Shown here: positions 27,215 through 32,000 of the stretch, piece by piece
Numbering within the stretch: position 1 is the first letter of the stretch
Layout: every line of letters starts with the position of its first letter
NCBI GenBank assembly: GCA_003144275.1
Contig: NJBF01000034.1
Coordinates: 1-32,000, forward strand
Length of the DNA: 32,000 nt
Direction: 5' to 3'
Source: Candidatus Heimdallarchaeota archaeon B3_Heim
GTDB lineage: Archaea; Asgardarchaeota; Heimdallarchaeia; Hodarchaeales; Hodarchaeaceae
Notes under the pieces: model-generated
Database searches by the model: none
What the model was told of the DNA's origin: nothing
The model's input: the letters and a program-made list of their open reading frames with translations, nothing else
Translations under genes and position numbers: made by a program

Positions 27215-28385
27215 TTACCGTGAAAAGTAATCTTTCATTTCTTCCAAGTGAACGCTTCCTAAATTCAAGGAAATTGGGGAAATTGTTATTAGTTTCTCCT
27301 CTAGTAAAACGTAACTATCGGTATCAATAGGTAAGTTGCTTTGCACTTGGCCCCAAAGCCAGTAAACAGGAATATTCCGTGGATCTAAAGCCTCAATTGC
27401 TTTATCAACGTACTTGACAGGACAGAGTTTAACAACTTTTATCTTTGTTGTTAGATCAACGCTATTGGGAAAGTTAACATTGAGAATTTTCACTGAATTT
27501 GGAAAAGGATTCGATAGAACGTGTGAAACAATTTCTTTGGCTCGTTTCGCTGCGATGTTAAATCTAGAAGAAGAATCCTGAGTTTTCTCGAAAAGTTCAT
27601 TTTCAGGTAGTTCTAAGGAAAACGCAAATGATGTAATTCCCAAGATACCTCCTTCTAATGCAGCTGCACAGGTGCCTGATGTGAAAATAGCATGAATTGA
27701 GGTATTATCACCATGATTTATTCCACTAAGGATGAAATCTGGGATTTTATTATACTGCTGCATACAAATTTTCTGACCAATGATTACGCTATCAGCTGGA
27801 GTACCATAAACAGAATAAGCCTGTATTTTCATGACTAGATTTGTCAGACAACTCTTGAAAAGAGTTCTGGACAGGATGAGTCACACATCCGCTATCCGGC
27901 AGATTAGCACCACTAAAAGGGTTACTATTCATTGGGACTACTTGAAGCATCCTTACTGCTGATATCCCCAGCGCTAATACCTCTCACGCCTAAAGGGTCA
28001 TTCTTCTCTTGCCTTTGACAGGTAACTCGTCTCACGTAGTTACAAGTGAATAAAACCCAAGAATTTAGGAATTTTTCTTTTCATCACCTCGCTTGGAAGA
28101 GGTTATGGAGGGAGACTTTTTATGAATATAAGAGAGAGGGAGAGGTTAGCGAATACGAGTAATCTCGCTTTGTCGGACAAAAATGATCATGTCATCGAGA
28201 AATTTCTCTTTCGCCTGAATTCTAACTGGTTGAGTATATGTTACTGATTTTCCTTTTCCTGATTGCTGTGTGGAAGGAGCAACGACAATAATGTCTCCTA
28301 AAGAACTCATTTCTTTAACTAGTTCCTTTAATCCTACGGCTTCTATGCCATCATCATTTGTAACTTAGAATAGCAAATATCCCAC
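27215..28385 (-). pseudogene. surE: 5'/3'-nucleotidase SurE, interrupted by a 358-bp insertion and an early stop/frameshift
   Basis: 5' part (not in track) GTG-GYLLF*VTNDDGIEAVGL...VVAPSTQQSGKG...KEKFLDDM joins in frame to the 3' part MKIQAYSVYGTPADSV...SGINHGDN...SGTCAAALEG once the insert is removed (~270 codons). Confidence 0.9.
27834..28191. mobile_element. Non-autonomous insertion element (MITE-like, possibly IS110/IS1111-type ends)
   Basis: Direct repeat TCATG at 27829-27833 and 28187-28191. Subterminal 12-bp inverted repeat TTTGTC(A/C)GACAA at 27840-27851 and 28170-28181. No transposase ORF. Confidence 0.8.
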
Positions 28386-28445
28386 TCTCAGGTGTTAATT
28401 TAACGATGTAAAATAATATCTCTGGCTTACTGATAGTTCAGACTT

Positions 28446-29348
28446 CTATTTCGCTAATTCTAATGTAAAAAGTGAATAATTATCAGTAATTTTTGGTTTA
28501 AATTGAACAAGAGTTTTAGCAATTTCACTACCTTCTTCTGTATTAAAATGCAAAGGGTATCTTTCCCAACCAGCCATTTTACATTCACGTGCAATGTCAG
28601 TAAGTAAAAGTGGCCATGAATCTTCAAATCCTGGTCGTGTAGCAGTAAAGCGTAGTACAAGCCTTGGTTTATCACTTGAAGGCTGATCTAAAAGAGGAGC
28701 ACTAGCACAAACATCCTGGGATTCTTGTGAAATAATAATACAATGGCCATCTTTCAAAACTTTATTTTTAAAGTAATCTTGGAAAAATTCTTCAGTTAAT
28801 CCTGCTTCTTGAAGCTCTTTATCGACTCTACCAAGCTCTATCAATGAATCTATGTCGGAAGTTGTAGCTAAACGCGATTTATATTTCGTTTTATCATCTA
28901 ATTTTTGATTACTAAGTTTTTCTATATCAAAACTGTAATCTAATCCTTTTACTTTAAGTATAAATCCTCTCTCTGTGAAAAATTCCCGAACCTTGGACCA
29001 TTGAGTTTTTATCCAATATTGGATTTCATCTGGGTTTTTCGATTTTAAATAGACCAACATATCTGAGAAGAGTTTATTCTGAACATCTGGAGAACAATCA
29101 GCTGTACACCAAGGGTAGCCAAGATAAAAAACTTTACTTGAAACCTGTGATGCCTGAATATACGCAAGGGGTTTATTCTCATCAGTAAAAGCGTATCGTA
29201 ATAAGCGGGGGTCCTTTTTATTCTTGATAATTTTCTGTTCAATATCTACCGCACTAACATTGCTCCCCGTATTGCTATTAAAAAGATCAGCTTGAATCCT
29301 CTCAAATCCCAATCCAGACTCGTAGAATTTATACTTAACATTCTCCAT
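28446..29348 (-). CDS. Putative tandem GNAT-fold protein
   Basis: Two halves with GNAT-like patterns (FYLGYPWC...REFFTERGF; SRLATTSDIDSLIEL...LRFTATRPGF). Confidence 0.55.
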   Translation of the reverse strand: MENVKYKFYESGLGFERIQADLFNSNTGSNVSAVDIEQKIIKNKKDPRLLRYAFTDENKPLAYIQASQVSSKVFYLGYPWCTADCSPDVQNKLFSDMLVYLKSKNPDEIQYWIKTQWSKVREFFTERGFILKVKGLDYSFDIEKLSNQKLDDKTKYKSRLATTSDIDSLIELGRVDKELQEAGLTEEFFQDYFKNKVLKDGHCIIISQESQDVCASAPLLDQPSSDKPRLVLRFTATRPGFEDSWPLLLTDIARECKMAGWERYPLHFNTEEGSEIAKTLVQFKPKITDNYSLFTLELAK

Positions 29349-29458
29349 TCAGATCACACACATGATACAATTAACGATTATTTTAAGGAGATTTTCACCT
29401 GTTTTTTAATGTACCTCTGATGGCAAGAGCTATCTGAAAATCATTCCAACGCCCACCC

Positions 29459-29992
29459 TTAATCATCAGTAGTTTGGGCTTGAAAACTAATGAATAAATC
29501 ATCCAATTCATCCAACATAATTTTCGTAGCTGATAACAGATTTTCGAGAGTAGTTTGAAAGCGCAGAGTTTCAGGTCTTTTAAGAAGTTCTTCACTTAAA
29601 TTTCCCATACGTTTCAGCGCGTTGGTCATAGGTGCTACGTTATTTCTAAGCATTGAAGTGAAAGATAAGATCATTCCACTGAGAAGGACAACAGGTGTAT
29701 TCGATCGTTTTTCATATTGCCATTCTTTCGTATTGGGAATTTTTGTTTTCATAATTAGAGGTGGACTATCCGTTATGAGTTTAATATTCCGAGAAACAGT
29801 AGATAATGAAGTTCCTAACTTGTTAGCTATATCTTTTTGAGTTAAGGGTATGTCAGAAAGTAAAATCGTCATTAAAATCCGCCCAGCATATGGGCCAACA
29901 CCTGTATCATTGAGCCAAGTCTCAAAAAGACTAGTAAATTCAGCAATGACTTGTTTCAACGATTCTTCATCGGGAGTGGTGGTGGGAGACAT
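29459..29992 (-). CDS. GbsR/MarR-family transcriptional regulator
   Basis: GRILMTILLSDIPLTQKDIANKLGTSLSTVSRNIKLI wHTH followed by a helical dimerisation region. Confidence 0.82.
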   Translation of the reverse strand: MSPTTTPDEESLKQVIAEFTSLFETWLNDTGVGPYAGRILMTILLSDIPLTQKDIANKLGTSLSTVSRNIKLITDSPPLIMKTKIPNTKEWQYEKRSNTPVVLLSGMILSFTSMLRNNVAPMTNALKRMGNLSEELLKRPETLRFQTTLENLLSATKIMLDELDDLFISFQAQTTDD

Positions 29993-30042
29993 GGTTACAA
30001 CTTAATCTTACGTATTAAATTCAATTTTTTAATTTTTTCCAT

Positions 30043-30072
30043 AATTGCACACAATTGAAATATTTATAAAGG
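30043..30072. promoter_or_regulatory. Inverted repeat AATTG-CACA-CAATT adjoining a TATA-like TTTATAAA in the divergent regulator/MMPL intergenic region
   Basis: Repeat at 30043-30056, TATA-like element at about 30064-30071. Confidence 0.4.
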
Positions 30073-30136
30073 AGGATGCGTTTAGTGCTTTCTTGATAAT
30101 TTATTCTTATTATTAATCAAAAATTGAGGGATTCCA

Positions 30137-32000
30137 TTGAGAAATCCATTTGAATTTATAGCGGATATTAATCAATCATATAAAAAATTTATAGTCCCAT
30201 TTGTCGTAATTTTAACCATAGCATTTGTACCCTTCGCTTTACGCGGTTTTACTGCAACTAGTGCAGATTTTGTTGGATTTTTACCCAAAAATATTGAGTC
30301 AGATCGAGCAGATCAAATTCTTGAACAAGAATTTCCAGGTCGATCGGATTCTAGTGTTGTTATCTTGTTACAAAGCAAAAACGCATCGCTGGATGTTTTT
30401 CATGAACAAATTGTTTCATTAATTCAGGAATTAAACGCTGAACTCAAAACAGAGGAAGAAATTCCAGATGTGAGTCTAACTTCGTGGGTGTCTTTGGAGG
30501 AGGATATTCAAGAGATATTTCAAGAAACGATGCTTGATCTTCAGAGTACGCTTGTAACAAGCCTGATACCTTTACTCAATGATTATCAAGGTAACATTAC
30601 TTTAATGAAAGAATTATTGGGGGAATATACCACATTAGCAAAATCCATTGAATTATTTGCTCAGATCTTGGATTTCTATTTAATAACTTATTACGATTTT
30701 GCACGGAGTATCTATTACCTTTCAAACCTTACGAATGCCTATGATTCCTATTTCTATGCCTCTGATTATGAGTCATTGTATCCTGTTTGGGATAATACAA
30801 CAGGAGAACTAAATCAAATAATGGTTCTACAGGCTTATTTCGCTACTTTCGATGTGATTGATCCTTTAGTAACTCCTGATTTTATCATGGATTCTTTGTT
30901 AAATGACCTTGTTCTTGGATTCTTTAACCAATCAATGGGAAGTATTGTACCGGTAGAATACATACCAGCTGTCAACCAGCTATTATTATTACTAGAAAGT
31001 ACTTGGGGTGGTGAATTTGCAAATGAAACAACTTTGAATGGTCCTATGTATAGTACTTTAGACCTTACCCCTGTTAGTTCAATTAATCAACAATATTTAC
31101 TTGGTCGCTTAGTAAATGTTTCAGTGTTAACATTGAGCTCTTTATTTGAGGCTGTTATGGCTGATTCTCAATTACAAGCTGGATTAGAATCTTTACAAGG
31201 CGTTTTAGATTTGTCTGGAGATCTTATTCCTACTGTAAATAGTACACTCATTGAAGGATTACATGACGCCCCAATACAATACATGGGGTTATGGTTTGAT
31301 CTTTCTCGCGCTATCTTTTACTTATCAAACGTTACTGCAGCGTACCAAGATGGATTAAATATTACTCATCTTAATACAATCAATAACACATGGGCTGGGG
31401 TTCTGTATGACTTACCAAATCAGGATTATAACCTATCCACATTAGCCTATACTTCTACAAATATGACTTACATTCCTTTTGGTATTCCCCTTGGAGAAGC
31501 TATGTCAACAATTCCCTCCTTCGGAGATCCAACTCTCAATAATATATCATTCAATATCTTTAATGGGTCTGTTTTCCAAGCATGGGTTTTTGCTAATCCA
31601 AGTAATATTCAAGGATACACCCAGTCGCCTGAATATCAATATTTACTTCTTCTCCGAGATACTTGGTCAACTTTATGGAATATTTCTTCCCTAGTTGATG
31701 GACCTTTATTTGGGGACTATCTAGGAACAGGATTCATAAGCCCTTTTGTAGAATTTTCTCAATTAGGGGTACTTGATCGATTAATGGATATTACTAATTC
31801 TACATTTCAAGCATATGCTGCAACAATATTTAGTACCATGAATTTCACTGACTCAGGAGCAGGAACTCCTCTCTCATACAAAATAAGTGAGATTAGTTCA
31901 ACGAATGGAATTGCGGAAGTAATTGGATTAACAATCAAGAATGAGACAGAACTACAAGCTTTCGTTACGCAATTATCTGCAGGTGTACTCACACAGTATG
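30137..32000 (+). CDS. Very large MMPL/RND-family membrane protein, 5' part (runs off window end)
   Basis: Not in the track (incomplete). TTG start with GAGGG RBS, N-terminal TM (IVPFVVILTIAFVPFAL), then FLPKNIESDRADQILEQEFP typical of MMPL/RND N-termini. Open for about 620 codons with no further TM segment seen. Confidence 0.75.
   Translation, partial: MRNPFEFIADINQSYKKFIVPFVVILTIAFVPFALRGFTATSADFVGFLPKNIESDRADQILEQEFPGRSDSSVVILLQSKNASLDVFHEQIVSLIQELNAELKTEEEIPDVSLTSWVSLEEDIQEIFQETMLDLQSTLVTSLIPLLNDYQGNITLMKELLGEYTTLAKSIELFAQILDFYLITYYDFARSIYYLSNLTNAYDSYFYASDYESLYPVWDNTTGELNQIMVLQAYFATFDVIDPLVTPDFIMDSLLNDLVLGFFNQSMGSIVPVEYIPAVNQLLLLLESTWGGEFANETTLNGPMYSTLDLTPVSSINQQYLLGRLVNVSVLTLSSLFEAVMADSQLQAGLESLQGVLDLSGDLIPTVNSTLIEGLHDAPIQYMGLWFDLSRAIFYLSNVTAAYQDGLNITHLNTINNTWAGVLYDLPNQDYNLSTLAYTSTNMTYIPFGIPLGEAMSTIPSFGDPTLNNISFNIFNGSVFQAWVFANPSNIQGYTQSPEYQYLLLLRDTWSTLWNISSLVDGPLFGDYLGTGFISPFVEFSQLGVLDRLMDITNSTFQAYAATIFSTMNFTDSGAGTPLSYKISEISSTNGIAEVIGLTIKNETELQAFVTQLSAGVLTQY

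Noticed and set aside
27834-28186. surE insertion as a group II intron or C/D box sRNA
   Set aside because: No GUGYG 5' end or domain V hairpin. A C-box-like GTGATGA and a CTGA are present but about 240 nt apart, too far for a C/D guide.
27829-28195. surE insertion as an archaeal bulge-helix-bulge mRNA intron
   Set aside because: TGAC/GTCA could form a central helix, but the flanking helices do not pair, and the predicted cuts would leave a frameshift. The gene also has an independent early stop.
28067-28211. 12/14-nt match between element interior (28067-28080) and surE sequence 7-20 nt beyond the junction (28198-28211), suggestive of a guide
   Set aside because: Low-complexity A/T tract that does not include the junction core; plausible by chance. 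Revisit only if other copies show interior sequence covarying with their targets.
1-32000. CRISPR arrays, rRNA, integrases/transposases, selenocysteine/pyrrolysine read-through
   Set aside because: No regularly spaced repeats, rRNA motifs, recombinase ORFs or in-frame recoding candidates were seen. The remaining short track ORFs are antisense or alternate-frame shadows of the called genes.

Overview
Mostly an AT-rich (about 33-37% GC by spot counts) archaeal segment. The Rab-like GTPase, the divergent small-GTPase operon and the archaeal tRNA and promoter style suggest an Asgard (Heimdallarchaeia/Hodarchaeales-like) genome; this is inference. The first ~1 kb (vorB, ferredoxin subunit, Alba) is more GC-rich and runs into a headless HAD gene near position 1000, which looks like a chimeric or recombination junction. 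Then come AOR, a bacterial-type GlnRS almost next to both tRNA-Gln genes (A1-U72, G73), a PPOX/F420 enzyme, rhodanese-MBL, a membrane protein, MBL, APH and PHP genes. A tight three-gene operon follows (two large unknown proteins, the second with a longin-like tail, plus a non-canonical split small GTPase). After that lie a membrane bPH-domain pair, a heterodimeric ABC exporter, an RHH regulator with a palindromic operator, a divergent PckA and a Rab-like GTPase. surE is interrupted by a 358-bp non-coding, hairpin-rich insertion with a 5-bp direct repeat and subterminal inverted repeats. The window ends with a tandem GNAT, a GbsR/MarR regulator and the start of a very large MMPL/RND protein with a duplicated, sequon-rich extracellular domain. 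Best candidates for novelty: the GTPase operon, the surE insertion element, and the GlnRS/tRNA-Gln cluster. All family calls come from motif reading; no database searches were run.
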